In this document: in pieces, positions 8,373-17,823 of the stretch | Layout of the letters: every line of letters starts with the position of its first letter | How positions within the stretch are numbered: position 1 is the stretch's first letter | NCBI GenBank assembly: GCA_038229595.1 | Contig: JBBROH010000002.1 | Location: 9,214 to 73,213, forward strand | Length of the DNA stretch: 64,000 nt | Reading direction: 5' to 3' | Source: Chloroflexia bacterium | Lineage (GTDB): Bacteria > Chloroflexota > Chloroflexia > QHBQ01 | Made by a program: the position numbers and the translations under genes | Notes under the pieces: model-generated | Seen by the model: only the letters and a program-made list of their open reading frames with translations | What the model was told of the DNA's origin: nothing | Database searches by the model: none

Positions 8373-10077
8373 ACTGCCCGCAAAAGCCCCGCTCCTGTGC
8401 AGGAGTGGGGCTTTCTGTTTCCGCTGTAATGGGGCTGCCGAAGTCGGTCGGCACTGTAGAGCGTAAGGGCGTTGCGTCTATTGCCCTATGCACAACCTTG
8501 CTCAGTTCACCGCGCTTGATGCTGTCGTTGGGGCGGTAGCAGAGGCCGCTGCCACAAGTCGCGCCGCTGATGATCGCCCTGCTGTTCAGCGTTTCGATGT
8601 ACTGCCAGAAGACGTTGCTGCTCGGCACGTCGCTGAAGGTCGGCACAGTGGGGGTTGCCACGGCGTAGCCCCCGGCCCCCACCACAATTTTGGCTAGCTG
8701 CGCCCGCGTCACCGGCCCGTTTGGGCGGAAGTTGCCGTCGGGGAAGCCGCCGACCACTTGCCTGCTGACTAGCGTCTCAACATAGAGATAGAAGGGGTGA
8801 TTGGCTGGCACATCCACGAAGCGCGGCGTAGCGGGCGGCGTGACCAGCGGGATGCCAAAGCCGCTGACGATAATTTTGGTTACTTCACCGCGCGTTGTAT
8901 TGCCGTTGGGCCTGAAGTTACCGTCCGCGTAGCCATTGATTACCCCACGACAGGCAAGGAAGATGATGTCGTCGTAGAAGATATAGCTGGCAGGCACGTC
9001 GGGGAAGCTGCGTAGGCAAGGGGTGGCCGTCAGCGTCGGCGTGGGCGTGGGCGTTGGTGGGCCGGGAGTGGTTGTACACTGGGGGTTGTTGCTGTCGCCA
9101 GCGCAGCAGAGTGAGGGCGGGCAGGTGGTGGCTGAGAAGGTCGGTGTGGGCGTGTAAGTGCGCGTTGGTGGGCCGGGAGTGGTTGTACACTGGGGGTTGT
9201 TGCTGTCGCCAGCGCAGCAGACTGAGGGCGGGCAGGTGGTGGCTGAGAAGGTCGGCGTGGTCGTGTAAGCACGCGTTGGTGGGCCGGGAGTGGTTGCCGT
9301 CGGGCTGGGGTTAGCACTCGGTGTCCTGGTTGCGGTGGGCGGCGGGCCAAGTACGACTACACGTCCAGTCATGCCGGTGTGGATGTTGCACTGGTAATCG
9401 TAGGTGCCAGCCGTGTTGAATGTATAGCTGTAGACCGCGTTCTGGGCGAGGTTGCCAGAGTTCAGCACCCCCGGCGGGCTGGTCGAGTTGACGGTGTGGC
9501 TGGTAGCATCACGGTTCGTCCACTGCACCCTGGTGCCAACCGTGACGGTCAACACCTGGGGGGCGAAGGTGAAGCTCTGGATGTCTACTGCCACTGGCGC
9601 AGGCAGCACCACAATCCGCGCCGTCATGAACGGGTGCGGGTCGCAGAGGTAGTCGTAGACCCCGACCAGGGTGAAGGTGCGGCTAACAATGCGGTTGGTT
9701 GGTGAGATGGCGTAGGCAGTCTGGAATGGTTCTGGTGGAATGCTGCCGCTGTTCAGCGTTGAGGCATTGTGGCCGATCTGGTCGTAGTTGTCCCAGGCGA
9801 CAGTATCGCCAACGGTGATCGTCAACACGCGGGTGGTAAAGCAGAAGTTCTGGATCGCGACGGTAGCGGTGATCGATTGGTTGGCCGGGTGGTTGCTAGC
9901 ATCCACGTCAAACTGGCGTTGGTCACAGGGTAGACCCCCCTGCGGCTGTTGGTGCAGACTGTGGTTTGCAGGGGCCGCCAGGGTCGAGCCAGCAATGAGC
10001 AGCCCACTAACCAGCATGGTAAGGCCGAGGGCAAGAGCCAGCAGCGGCAGGATGGGCAAACGCTTCTCATCTTTCAT
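8302..10077 (-). CDS. secreted two-domain blue-copper (cupredoxin, auracyanin/plastocyanin-like) protein with repeat linker and three C-terminal SLH domains
   Basis: N-terminal signal peptide MKDEKRLPILPLLALALGLTMLVSGLLIAGSTLAAPA. Two type-1 Cu sites (YDYLCDPHPFMTARIVV; YDYQCNIHTGMTGRVVV: Cys-x2-His-x4-Met). Cys/Pro/Thr-rich duplicated linker. Three SLH-like repeats (FPDVPASYIFY..., FVDVPANHPFY..., FSDVPSSNVFW...). About 57-aa tail past the last SLH overlaps the regulator gene. Confidence 0.7.
   Translation of the reverse strand: MKDEKRLPILPLLALALGLTMLVSGLLIAGSTLAAPANHSLHQQPQGGLPCDQRQFDVDASNHPANQSITATVAIQNFCFTTRVLTITVGDTVAWDNYDQIGHNASTLNSGSIPPEPFQTAYAISPTNRIVSRTFTLVGVYDYLCDPHPFMTARIVVLPAPVAVDIQSFTFAPQVLTVTVGTRVQWTNRDATSHTVNSTSPPGVLNSGNLAQNAVYSYTFNTAGTYDYQCNIHTGMTGRVVVLGPPPTATRTPSANPSPTATTPGPPTRAYTTTPTFSATTCPPSVCCAGDSNNPQCTTTPGPPTRTYTPTPTFSATTCPPSLCCAGDSNNPQCTTTPGPPTPTPTPTLTATPCLRSFPDVPASYIFYDDIIFLACRGVINGYADGNFRPNGNTTRGEVTKIIVSGFGIPLVTPPATPRFVDVPANHPFYLYVETLVSRQVVGGFPDGNFRPNGPVTRAQLAKIVVGAGGYAVATPTVPTFSDVPSSNVFWQYIETLNSRAIISGATCGSGLCYRPNDSIKRGELSKVVHRAIDATPLRSTVPTDFGSPITAETESPTPAQERGFCGQSIVAGRPAAPPDSRQSGSRGRVR
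8386..8422 (+). terminator. putative intrinsic terminator of the kinase/regulator operon
   Basis: GCCCCGCTCCT-gtgc-AGGAGTGGGGC hairpin followed by TTTCTGTTTCC. Lies inside the 3' extension of the convergent cupredoxin ORF. Confidence 0.5.
9051..9310. repeat. 111-bp coding tandem repeat (2.3 copies) inside the cupredoxin linker
   Basis: cgttggtgggccgggagtggttgtacactgggggttgttgctgtcgccagcgcagcag... repeated at 9051, 9163 and partially at 9274. Encodes the duplicated peptide CTTTPGPPTRTYTPTPTFSATTCPPSLCCAGDSNNPQ. Confidence 0.8.
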
Positions 10078-10107
10078 CAGCGTCTCTCCTTCTCAATCCA
10101 GAACAGC

Positions 10108-10140
10108 AAAGAGCGGGAGCAGCTTGTCAGCCGCTCCCAT
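10108..10140 (-). terminator. weak candidate terminator between the two cupredoxin paralogues
   Basis: GGGAGCAGC-ttgtca-GCCGCTCCC imperfect hairpin. A-rich on the plus-strand 5' side, giving a U-tract for the minus-strand transcript. Confidence 0.25.
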
Positions 10141-10176
10141 TCATTATACCACTGCTAGCAAGTGGGGCGGGCGCGC

Positions 10177-11676
10177 TCAGGGTGCGCTGTCAATCGCCCG
10201 CTTGACGATCTTGGACAATTCACCGCGCTTGACATTATCATTGGGCCGGAAGCAAGTGCCGCCGCCACTGCTGCAAGCCGCCCCGTTGATGATCCCCCGG
10301 TTCGCCAGCGTCTCAACCGCTGCGTAGCCGAAGGCGGTGGCTGCCAAATCGCGGAAGGTCGGCAGGGCGGGGGTGACGACGGCGTACTGGCGCACGCGCT
10401 GCACGATCAGGGCAACCTGCACGCGGCTGATCAGCACGTTGGGGCCGTAGCAGTTGCCGGGGGTGCCGAGGGCAGCACATTGACTGGCCGCCAGGCCATT
10501 AACCGCCCCGGCGTGCGCGGCAGTCTCCACGTAACCGTAGAAGATGCTACCAGGGGCAACATCTACGAAGGTCTGGCTGCCAGTGGGGGTGAAGGCGGGC
10601 AGGCCGAAGCCGAGGGCGGCGATTTTGGCGAACTGGCCCCGCGCCGGGTTGTTGTTGGGCAGGAAGCTGTTGCCGCCGGGCGGGTTCGGGTTGGGGTAGC
10701 CGCTAAGCACACCACGACAGGCGAGGTACTGGATTTCGTTGTAGAAGATGTAGCCACTCGGCACGTCGGTGAAGCTGACGGTGCAGGGGGTGGCTGTCGC
10801 GCCGCCAGGGATAGCTGTCGGGCTACCAGGGGTTGCAGTGGCCGTGGCGGTAGCAGCAGCAGTAGTAGCAGTTGGACTACTAGCGGCCCCAGTGTTGGTT
10901 GGGCCAGGGGTTGGCGTAGGGGTAGGTGGGTCGATCACGACTACGGTTCCAGCCATGCCAGGATGGAAGTCGCATTGATACTGGTAAGTGCCAGCGGTGG
11001 CGAAGGCGTGGGTATAAACATCGCCCGCCGCCATTGTGCCAGAGTTGAGGATAGCGGGCAGGCCGATGGAGGTGACAGTGTGAGCGCGGGCGTTGCTGGT
11101 CGGGTTCGTCCAGGAGACGATGGAACCAGCGGTGATCGTGATCACTGCGGGGCTGAAGAAGTTATTGCCTATCGCCACTGGCACTACCTGCGGCAGCACC
11201 TCTACGATGCCAGCCATGTCGGGGGCGTGTGGGTCGCACCAGTAGTAGTAGCGACCAGGGCGGTAGAAGGTGTGCTGCACGCTATGCGGCTGCCCAGGGT
11301 TCGACTCTGGGGCGGCAAAGCCGGTCAAGAAGTCCTGCGGCTGGGTGTAACCAAGCGGCCCGGTGCTGCTATCTGCGCGCACGTTGTGGAAGAAGTTGCC
11401 GCCATTATGCCAAACCACAGTGTCGCCAGCGGTGATCGTTACTACGGTGGGGGCGACGAAGTTGTCGCCCATCTCCACCGTGATCACGCTGCTGGGGCCA
11501 ATGTGGCTGGCATCAAGGAAGCTGGCTGGGGGTTGCGCGCCCGCGTGGTGCTGGTGGCCGCTGCTCTGCCCAGCGAAGGCTGATCCTACAACGAACAGGC
11601 TGCCCAGCAGCAGCAGCAAACCGAAGCTGACCGCCACCAACGTCCCCAAACGGGGCTTGCTCTCTACTGTTTCCAT
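10177..11676 (-). CDS. secreted two-domain cupredoxin protein with Thr/Pro/Ala linker and C-terminal SLH domains (paralogue of 8302..10077)
   Basis: Signal peptide METVESKPRLGTLVAVSFGLLLLLGSLFVVGSAFA. The start at 11676 was chosen over the ORF-track start 11907. Cu sites YYYWCDPHAPDMAGIVEV and YQYQCDFHPGMAGTVVVI. Linker PTPTPTPGPTNTGAASSPTATTAAATATATA. SLH repeats FTDVPSGYIFYNEIQYLACRGVLSGY..., FVDVAPGSIFYGYVE..., FRDLAATAFGYAAVETLANRGIINGA... Confidence 0.7.
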   Translation of the reverse strand: METVESKPRLGTLVAVSFGLLLLLGSLFVVGSAFAGQSSGHQHHAGAQPPASFLDASHIGPSSVITVEMGDNFVAPTVVTITAGDTVVWHNGGNFFHNVRADSSTGPLGYTQPQDFLTGFAAPESNPGQPHSVQHTFYRPGRYYYWCDPHAPDMAGIVEVLPQVVPVAIGNNFFSPAVITITAGSIVSWTNPTSNARAHTVTSIGLPAILNSGTMAAGDVYTHAFATAGTYQYQCDFHPGMAGTVVVIDPPTPTPTPGPTNTGAASSPTATTAAATATATATPGSPTAIPGGATATPCTVSFTDVPSGYIFYNEIQYLACRGVLSGYPNPNPPGGNSFLPNNNPARGQFAKIAALGFGLPAFTPTGSQTFVDVAPGSIFYGYVETAAHAGAVNGLAASQCAALGTPGNCYGPNVLISRVQVALIVQRVRQYAVVTPALPTFRDLAATAFGYAAVETLANRGIINGAACSSGGGTCFRPNDNVKRGELSKIVKRAIDSAP

Positions 11677-11836
11677 TTTTCTCAACCCTTTCTCTGCACG
11701 ATACCCCGTCGCGGTCTCTGCGGCGGCTACGAAGCACTGCCATATTATACTACAAATCTTACATCTGGCCCAGGGAGGGGATGGGGTAGTTGTAGGGCCG
11801 TATGGCGCACAGCCACAAGCAAATGTGGTACGCGAA

Positions 11837-12283
11837 TCACTTCGTCGTTGGCGCATGGAAGGCCATCGTGCTGGCACGGCTGGGGCCAATCGCCATCGGC
11901 TTGCCATCGGTCTGGTAGACGCTGATCAGGTTGCGGGCGGGGTCGCGCACCCAGGCGTGTCGCCAGCCCCAGGGCATCAGCGCAGGCAGGCGCACAATCT
12001 CCACATCTTCAGAGTGCAGCACGCTGATCAGTTGATCCAGGTTCTCCACCTCGATGTTAAGTTCGATGCTGTTGCCTTTGTTGTGGAAGGGGTGGTCGGT
12101 ATTGTGCTTGACGATCCGCATGATCGCCCCCTCGCCAATGGTGGGCTTGATAATCGCGTAGTTCTCGATCAGGTCGGAGACAACCACCTGGAAGCCAAAC
12201 AACCGGTCGAAGAAGTCTAGCTCCTTGAATACATCTGGCACGTAGATCGTAAGAAACTGCATCCCGCTGAACTGCTGCGCCAT
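11837..12283 (-). CDS. VOC/glyoxalase-bleomycin-resistance family protein
   Basis: 148 aa. beta-alpha-beta-beta-beta module pattern (IMRIVKHNTDHPFHNKGNSIELNIEVENLDQLISVLHSEDVEIV). Assignment by fold-family resemblance only. Confidence 0.55.
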   Translation of the reverse strand: MAQQFSGMQFLTIYVPDVFKELDFFDRLFGFQVVVSDLIENYAIIKPTIGEGAIMRIVKHNTDHPFHNKGNSIELNIEVENLDQLISVLHSEDVEIVRLPALMPWGWRHAWVRDPARNLISVYQTDGKPMAIGPSRASTMAFHAPTTK

Positions 12284-12374
12284 TGCTTACCCTCCTCGTT
12301 GAGTTCTGGCTGATCCTAACATCTTTGTGGCAATCTGGTCAAGTCCACGCGTGGGTTGGCAGCACACTCGCGGC

Positions 12375-13103
12375 CTAGCCAAGCTGCTGAGGTGAGTCTG
12401 CCTCGCCCTGGCTGGGGAATATCGTTGTCAGGCGTGCCTCTGCACCCAGCCAGTGGCGGGTCTGGTAGAGGGTGAAGGCAGCAACGGAGAGCAGGAAAGC
12501 TGCGATCCCAGCCGCCGTTACCCAGCCGAAGTCCAGGCCCAGTACGGTACGCAGCAGCAAGCCAACGAACACGCCGAGGATCACGCTGTCGATCACCGCC
12601 ACCATGCTGGCGGTCGTCATCCACGTCCCCAGCCAGTTGCTCGTGCCACTTGCCCCGAAGCTGTGCATCACCCCATCGCCGTCATCGTGGGTGGAGAGAA
12701 CGAAGTAAGGGGCGATTTCGGGAGCCACCTCGCTGTAGTAGTGGCGGATGCGGTTGATGCCGCGCAGGTAGAGGATGTTGGCGACGGCGGTATCCAAAGC
12801 GCGCACAAAAGTGACCAGGCCGAGGAAGAAAAGCGAAGGAAAGAGGATCAGGGCGAAGACGGTAAACTCCCCGCCATGTACGCTCTGGCCGACGAAGCTG
12901 AGGGCCAGCAAAGTGCCGCTAACTGTGCTGAGAAAGAGGCTGGCCCGCCCGTTGCTCTCGCTGATCGTGGCTGCGCTAGCCCCCTGCAAGTTGTAATGCT
13001 CTGTAGTCATTATCGTCAGGATTTCGCCACTGCTAGCCCGCTTGCGCCCGGCTGCGGTAAGCTCCTGCTGTTCGGCCTCTCCCTGTGCGCCCTCTACAGC
13101 CAT
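12375..13103 (-). CDS. hypothetical polytopic membrane protein
   Basis: Four or five hydrophobic helices (LFLSTVSGTLLALSFVG..., FALILFPSLFFLGLVTFV..., MVAVIDSVILGVFVGLLL..., AAGIAAFLLSVAAFTLY). Start ambiguous (13103 or 13010). Confidence 0.4.
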   Translation of the reverse strand: MAVEGAQGEAEQQELTAAGRKRASSGEILTIMTTEHYNLQGASAATISESNGRASLFLSTVSGTLLALSFVGQSVHGGEFTVFALILFPSLFFLGLVTFVRALDTAVANILYLRGINRIRHYYSEVAPEIAPYFVLSTHDDGDGVMHSFGASGTSNWLGTWMTTASMVAVIDSVILGVFVGLLLRTVLGLDFGWVTAAGIAAFLLSVAAFTLYQTRHWLGAEARLTTIFPSQGEADSPQQLG

Positions 13104-13225
13104 CACCACGCCCCTTATCAACGAATGGAGAGGCAGCACACTCTTGCTGCGTCCCTGCCGAAAGCCGCCGCTTCAACCAGCGCAAGCCGCAAACCAGGCG
13201 CGCCCGCTACCGCCTACCTGCGGCC

Positions 13226-13690
13226 TCATCTATCCTCTTTGGACAGCGGTAGGTGCCGCCGCTCGAAGTAGGTGGAGAGGATTACGTTGGTTCGCGTGCG
13301 GAACACACCGGGTATAGTGTTGATCCGCTTGAGCAAGGCTTCCAGGTCGCGGGCGGTGCGGGTGCGGACGCGTAGGATGTAGTCGTCGTCGCCCGCCACC
13401 CCAAAGCAGTCCTCTATCTCGCTGAACCCTGCCAGCCGCTCCTCGATGCTGGGCGACTTGTCGAAGCCCCCAGTCAGGCTCAATTGCACCATCGCCATCA
13501 CCCCAAAACCGAGGGCCTCTGCGTCAAGGATCGGCTGGTAGCCACGGATTACGCCCCGCGCCTCCAGCTTACGCACCCGCTCATGCACCGAACTGGTCGC
13601 CATGCCCAGCCGCTTCGCCACCTCAACCAGCGGCGTGCGCGCGTTCTCCTGCAATTGTGCCAATATGCGCGTGTCTACCTCGTCAACCAT
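13226..13690 (-). CDS. Lrp/AsnC-family transcriptional regulator
   Basis: HTH MVDEVDTRILAQLQENARTPLVEVAKRLGMATSSVHERVRKLEARGVI plus RAM ligand domain. Start at 13690 is preceded by a GGAGG RBS. The ORF-track start 13795 is too long. Confidence 0.8.
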   Translation of the reverse strand: MVDEVDTRILAQLQENARTPLVEVAKRLGMATSSVHERVRKLEARGVIRGYQPILDAEALGFGVMAMVQLSLTGGFDKSPSIEERLAGFSEIEDCFGVAGDDDYILRVRTRTARDLEALLKRINTIPGVFRTRTNVILSTYFERRHLPLSKEDR

Positions 13691-13854
13691 CCGCCCAACC
13701 TCCGTAAATGTTACGGCTATCATAGCGCAAAGTGGCCTCGGCTGCAAGGCGGCAACTACTCGGATTTGGGCCATTCTGCTGGCAAATTGGCACAAGGGTG
13801 GTGGTCGAAAGTTGACATCAACGCGCAGTTCGTCAGTTTCTAGCCACCGCTTCG

Positions 13855-14988
13855 CTAGCTACTGCCACCAAACAGCTTGCCGAAGAAGCTCTTGTTGTCC
13901 TGTTGGCTAACCTCGCGCCCAAAGCTGCGGCCCAGTTCCTCGAACAGCCGCCGTTGCTCGTCGTTCAGGTTGCCCGGTATCTGCACCTTGAGGCGCACCA
14001 GCATATCACCGCGTCCGCTCTGGCGCAGGTAGGGTACGCCGCGGTCGCGCAGGGTGATCACCTTGTCGCCCTGGGTGCCAGCCGCTACCTTGATCGGCGT
14101 GTCCTGACCATCAACGGTTGGCACCTCGATCTCGTCGCCGAGGGCAGCCTGGGCTACATTGATGGGCCAGTCCAGCAGGATATCGTTGCCTGCCCGCTTG
14201 AACAGCCTGTGCGGCTTGACCCCGATTGCGATGTAGAGGTCGCCTGCTGGCGCGCCCCGCACGCCCACGTCGCCTTCGCCAGTTAGCCTGATCTGGGTGC
14301 CGTCGTCCACCCCCGCTGGTACCTTGACTGCTAGCCGATCACTCTGGCGCAGACGGCCCTCGCCCTTGCAAGTCTTGCAGGGGGTGGTGATCAGGCGGCC
14401 CTCGCCCCGACACTTGTCGCAGGCGACTACGCCGACCAGCGAGCCGAAGACCGATTGCTGTACGCGGCGCAGTTCGCCCGTCCCCTTGCACTTGTCGCAG
14501 GTTTCGGGGGTAGTGCCTGGCTCGGCTCCGTTGCCGTTGCAAGTCTGGCAGGCGATGAAGCGGGTTACCTCGACCTCGCGCTCGGTGCCAAAAACGGCGT
14601 TCTCGAAGTCAAGCTGGATGCGGGTGCCAATGTTTGCGCCACGCTGTGGGCCAGCGGCGCGGGTGCCACCCATTGCGCCATTGAACATCTCGAAGATATC
14701 GTTGATGTTCATGCCCGCGCCACCCATGCCGCCGTAAGGATCGTAGGTGCCACCGCCCATATTCGCGCCAGCATGACCGATACGGTCGTAGAGCGAACGC
14801 TTGTCGGGGTCGTTCAAGACCTGATAAGCCTCGTTGATCTCCTTAAACTTCGCCTCGGCAGCGGGGTCTTTGTTGGTATCAGGGTGGTACTGCTTCGCCA
14901 TCCGTCGGTAAGCCTTTTTTAGCTCCTCCTCGGTCGCGCCCTTCGCCAGCCCCAGTACCTCGTAATAGTCACGCTTCGGTGTGGTCAT
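13855..14988 (-). CDS. dnaJ: molecular chaperone DnaJ
   Basis: J-domain (DYYEVLGL...YHPDTNKD). G/F region. Four CxxCxGxG zinc-finger repeats. C-terminal domains. Confidence 0.9.
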   Translation of the reverse strand: MTTPKRDYYEVLGLAKGATEEELKKAYRRMAKQYHPDTNKDPAAEAKFKEINEAYQVLNDPDKRSLYDRIGHAGANMGGGTYDPYGGMGGAGMNINDIFEMFNGAMGGTRAAGPQRGANIGTRIQLDFENAVFGTEREVEVTRFIACQTCNGNGAEPGTTPETCDKCKGTGELRRVQQSVFGSLVGVVACDKCRGEGRLITTPCKTCKGEGRLRQSDRLAVKVPAGVDDGTQIRLTGEGDVGVRGAPAGDLYIAIGVKPHRLFKRAGNDILLDWPINVAQAALGDEIEVPTVDGQDTPIKVAAGTQGDKVITLRDRGVPYLRQSGRGDMLVRLKVQIPGNLNDEQRRLFEELGRSFGREVSQQDNKSFFGKLFGGSS

Positions 14989-15189
14989 CGTTCGCCTCGT
15001 GTTGTTGATGGTCTCTATGTCGCTAGCTGCGGGCAGGGTTTGCTGCTACCCGCTGGGCCGCCCCGATCAAGGCAGGCTTGGGGCAAGAAGATAGCCCCTC
15101 GCGACAGATTGTTCTCCTATTATACCAACTTAGCGTTAGAATAGGATTAGCCCGCCTCCGGTGGGGAGGCGGGCCGGGTCATATGCTGG

Positions 15190-17121
15190 TTAGCTGTTCA
15201 CCTCGCGGTACTCGCCCTCAACGGTGCCTTCGGGCGCACCGTCGCCGCTACCGTCACTGCTACCGTTGCCGTTGCTGTGAGCAGCCGAGCCGTCGGCACC
15301 GGGCTGGCCTGCGCCTGCTGCCCCGTACATCGCCTGCCCAACCTTCTGCAATGCTGGTTGCAGCGCGTCACTGGCAGCACGGATGGCGGCTGCATCTTCG
15401 CCAGCGAGAGTGCCGCGCAGGGTAGCTACCCGATCCTCAACTTCGCGCTTGACCTCAGCCGGGATTTGTTCGCCATACTCGCGCAGGGTCTTCTCTGCAA
15501 TGAAGGCGAGGGTGTCACCCTGGTTGCGGGCCTCGATCAGGTCGCGCTGCTTGCGATCCTCGTCGGCGTGGATAGCCGCCTCTTTGACCATCTTATCCAC
15601 TTCGTCCTTGCTCAGGCCCGAACTGGCGGTGATCACCACCTTCTGCTCGCGGTTGGTTGCCTTGTCCTTAGCGATCACGTTGAGGATACCGTTTGCGTCA
15701 ATGTCGAACGTAACCTCCACCTGCGGCACCCCACGCGGCGCGGGCGGGATACCGTCCAGGATGAAGCGGGCAAGGGTCTTGTTCTCGCTAGAGAGGGGGC
15801 GTTCGCCCTGGGTGACATGGATCTCCACGCTGGTCTGGCTATCGCTAGCAGTGCTGAAGACCTGGCTCTTGCTCACCGGGATGGTAGTATTGCGCTCGAT
15901 CAGCGGGGTGGCAATGCCGCCCATCGTCTCGATAGCCAGCGTCAGCGGGGTGACATCCAGCAGCAGCACGTCCTTGACTTCGCCGCCCAGCACGCCAGCC
16001 TGCACCGCTGCGCCGAGGGCCACCACTTCATCGGGGTTGATCCCACGGTTGGGGTCCTTGCCGAAGAAGCTCTTAACCTTGTCCTGCACGGCGGGCATAC
16101 GGGTCTGGCCGCCAACGAGCAACACCTGGTCGATCTTGCTAGTGTCAATGCCAGCATCCTTGAGGGCAGCCTTCATCGGCGGGATCGTCCCCTGCACGAG
16201 GTCATCCACCATCTGCTCTAGCTTGCTGCGGCTGAGATTGTAGTTGAGGTGCTTCGGGCCTTCAGCGGTAGCGGTGATGAAGGGCAGGTTGATCTCGGCT
16301 TGCTGGGTGCTGGAAAGCTCGATCTTGGCCCGCTCTGCCGCTTCCTTCAGGCGTTGCAGAGCCATACGGTCGCTGCGGAGGTCAATCCCCTCATCGCGCT
16401 TGAAGCTGTCGGCCAGCCAGTCAATGATGCGCTGGTCGAAGTCGTCGCCGCCGAGGTGGGTGTCACCGTTGGTAGCCTGCACGTCGAACACGCCCTCACC
16501 GAGGGTCAGCACGCTGATGTCGTAGGTGCCACCGCCGAGGTCGTAGACGGCAAGCGTCTCCTCACGGCCTTCCTTGTCCACGCCATAAGCTAGAGCCGAG
16601 GCGGTCGGCTCGTTGATGATGCGGAGGACTTCTAGCCCAGCGATGCGGCCCGCGTCCTTAGTTGCCTGCCGCTGGCTGTCGTTGAAGTAAGCGGGGACGG
16701 TGATCACGGCCTGGGTGACAGTTTCGCCGAGGTAGGCTTCTGCGTCGGCCTTCAGCTTTTGCAGGATCATCGCGGAGACTTCGGGTGGCGAGTAAGTACG
16801 GCCACCGAGCATCACCTGCGCGTCGCCGTTTGCCGCCTCCGTCACCTTGTAGGGGACTAGCTTGATGTCGCGCTGCACGATGGGGTCGTTGAACTTGCGG
16901 CCCATGAACCGCTTGATCGAGAAGATGGTGTTCTCTGGGTTGGTGATCGACTGCCGCTTGGCGACCTGGCCGACCAGCCGCTCGCCGCTCTTACTGATCG
17001 CTACAACCGACGGGGTGGTGCGTGCGCCCTCTACGTTGGGGATGACGGTCGCCTCGCCGCCTTCGATCACGGCTACAACCGAGTTGGTAGTGCCGAGGTC
17101 AATACCGATAATCTTAGCCAT
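15190..17121 (-). CDS. dnaK: molecular chaperone DnaK (Hsp70)
   Basis: [18 protein letters not shown]..., DLGGGTFD, full-length Hsp70 with EEVD-less Gly-rich tail. Confidence 0.95.
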   Translation of the reverse strand: MAKIIGIDLGTTNSVVAVIEGGEATVIPNVEGARTTPSVVAISKSGERLVGQVAKRQSITNPENTIFSIKRFMGRKFNDPIVQRDIKLVPYKVTEAANGDAQVMLGGRTYSPPEVSAMILQKLKADAEAYLGETVTQAVITVPAYFNDSQRQATKDAGRIAGLEVLRIINEPTASALAYGVDKEGREETLAVYDLGGGTYDISVLTLGEGVFDVQATNGDTHLGGDDFDQRIIDWLADSFKRDEGIDLRSDRMALQRLKEAAERAKIELSSTQQAEINLPFITATAEGPKHLNYNLSRSKLEQMVDDLVQGTIPPMKAALKDAGIDTSKIDQVLLVGGQTRMPAVQDKVKSFFGKDPNRGINPDEVVALGAAVQAGVLGGEVKDVLLLDVTPLTLAIETMGGIATPLIERNTTIPVSKSQVFSTASDSQTSVEIHVTQGERPLSSENKTLARFILDGIPPAPRGVPQVEVTFDIDANGILNVIAKDKATNREQKVVITASSGLSKDEVDKMVKEAAIHADEDRKQRDLIEARNQGDTLAFIAEKTLREYGEQIPAEVKREVEDRVATLRGTLAGEDAAAIRAASDALQPALQKVGQAMYGAAGAGQPGADGSAAHSNGNGSSDGSGDGAPEGTVEGEYREVNS

Positions 17122-17199
17122 TGTCTGCCTTTACCTCCGTAATGTAAGAACCTGTAGTGTAGAAACCCCGCTTGCTCTGCTTGAGCAACAGGAGTAGTG

Positions 17200-17760
17200 C
17201 TATTTTTGGTTGCCAGTGGCATCAGTGCGCTTGACCATCACCATGCTGGGGCGTAGTACCTTGCCCTTGTAGGTGTAGCCGCGGCGGTACTCGCTGGCTA
17301 CGACCTCCTGGCCGCCCTCACCATCCTCCATGCCGACCGCTTCGTGACGGCTGGGGTCGAACGGCTGGCCGACCGCTTCGATAGGGGCTAGACCTTCGTT
17401 CTCCATCACCTGGCGCAGCTTACGCTCAATTGCCAGCACCCCTTCCAGCCACTTGCGCTCCTTCTCATCGAAGCGTTCGATGGCGGGCTTGTAGCGCAGG
17501 GCTAGTTCGAGGTCGTCTAGCACGACCAGCAGCTTGCTGATCACCTCGGACTTTGCCATGCCGAACAACTCTATGCGCTCGGCTTCTACCCGCCGCTTGT
17601 AGTTGATGAAAGCGGCCCGCTCGCGCTGCAAGGCATCCAGGTACTCGGCGGCCTTAGCGTCGGTCGGTTGGGTGTTGATTTCGTTCAGCACGTCACTGAG
17701 GGTGGGGCCGTTCTCCTGCGCCTCACTCTGTTCGTTGCTGCTCTGTTCGTCTTTGCTCAC
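17200..17760 (-). CDS. grpE: nucleotide exchange factor GrpE
   Basis: 186 aa with coiled-coil plus GrpE core (...EAVGMEDGEGGQEVVASEYRRGYTYKGKVLRPSMVMV). Confidence 0.9.
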   Translation of the reverse strand: MSKDEQSSNEQSEAQENGPTLSDVLNEINTQPTDAKAAEYLDALQRERAAFINYKRRVEAERIELFGMAKSEVISKLLVVLDDLELALRYKPAIERFDEKERKWLEGVLAIERKLRQVMENEGLAPIEAVGQPFDPSRHEAVGMEDGEGGQEVVASEYRRGYTYKGKVLRPSMVMVKRTDATGNQK

Positions 17761-17823
17761 CAGAGATTAACTCCTTCCTTATGCCCCGCCCTGCCCCCCT
17801 GTGGAGAAGCAGGCAGGGGAGGT

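Noticed and set aside
9051-9310. Tandem direct repeats that could be mistaken for a CRISPR array or a mobile-element remnant (also 25441-25570 and 49441-49640)
   Set aside because: The repeats are in-frame inside protein-coding genes. They have no unique spacers of constant length and no cas genes nearby. They encode low-complexity linkers.
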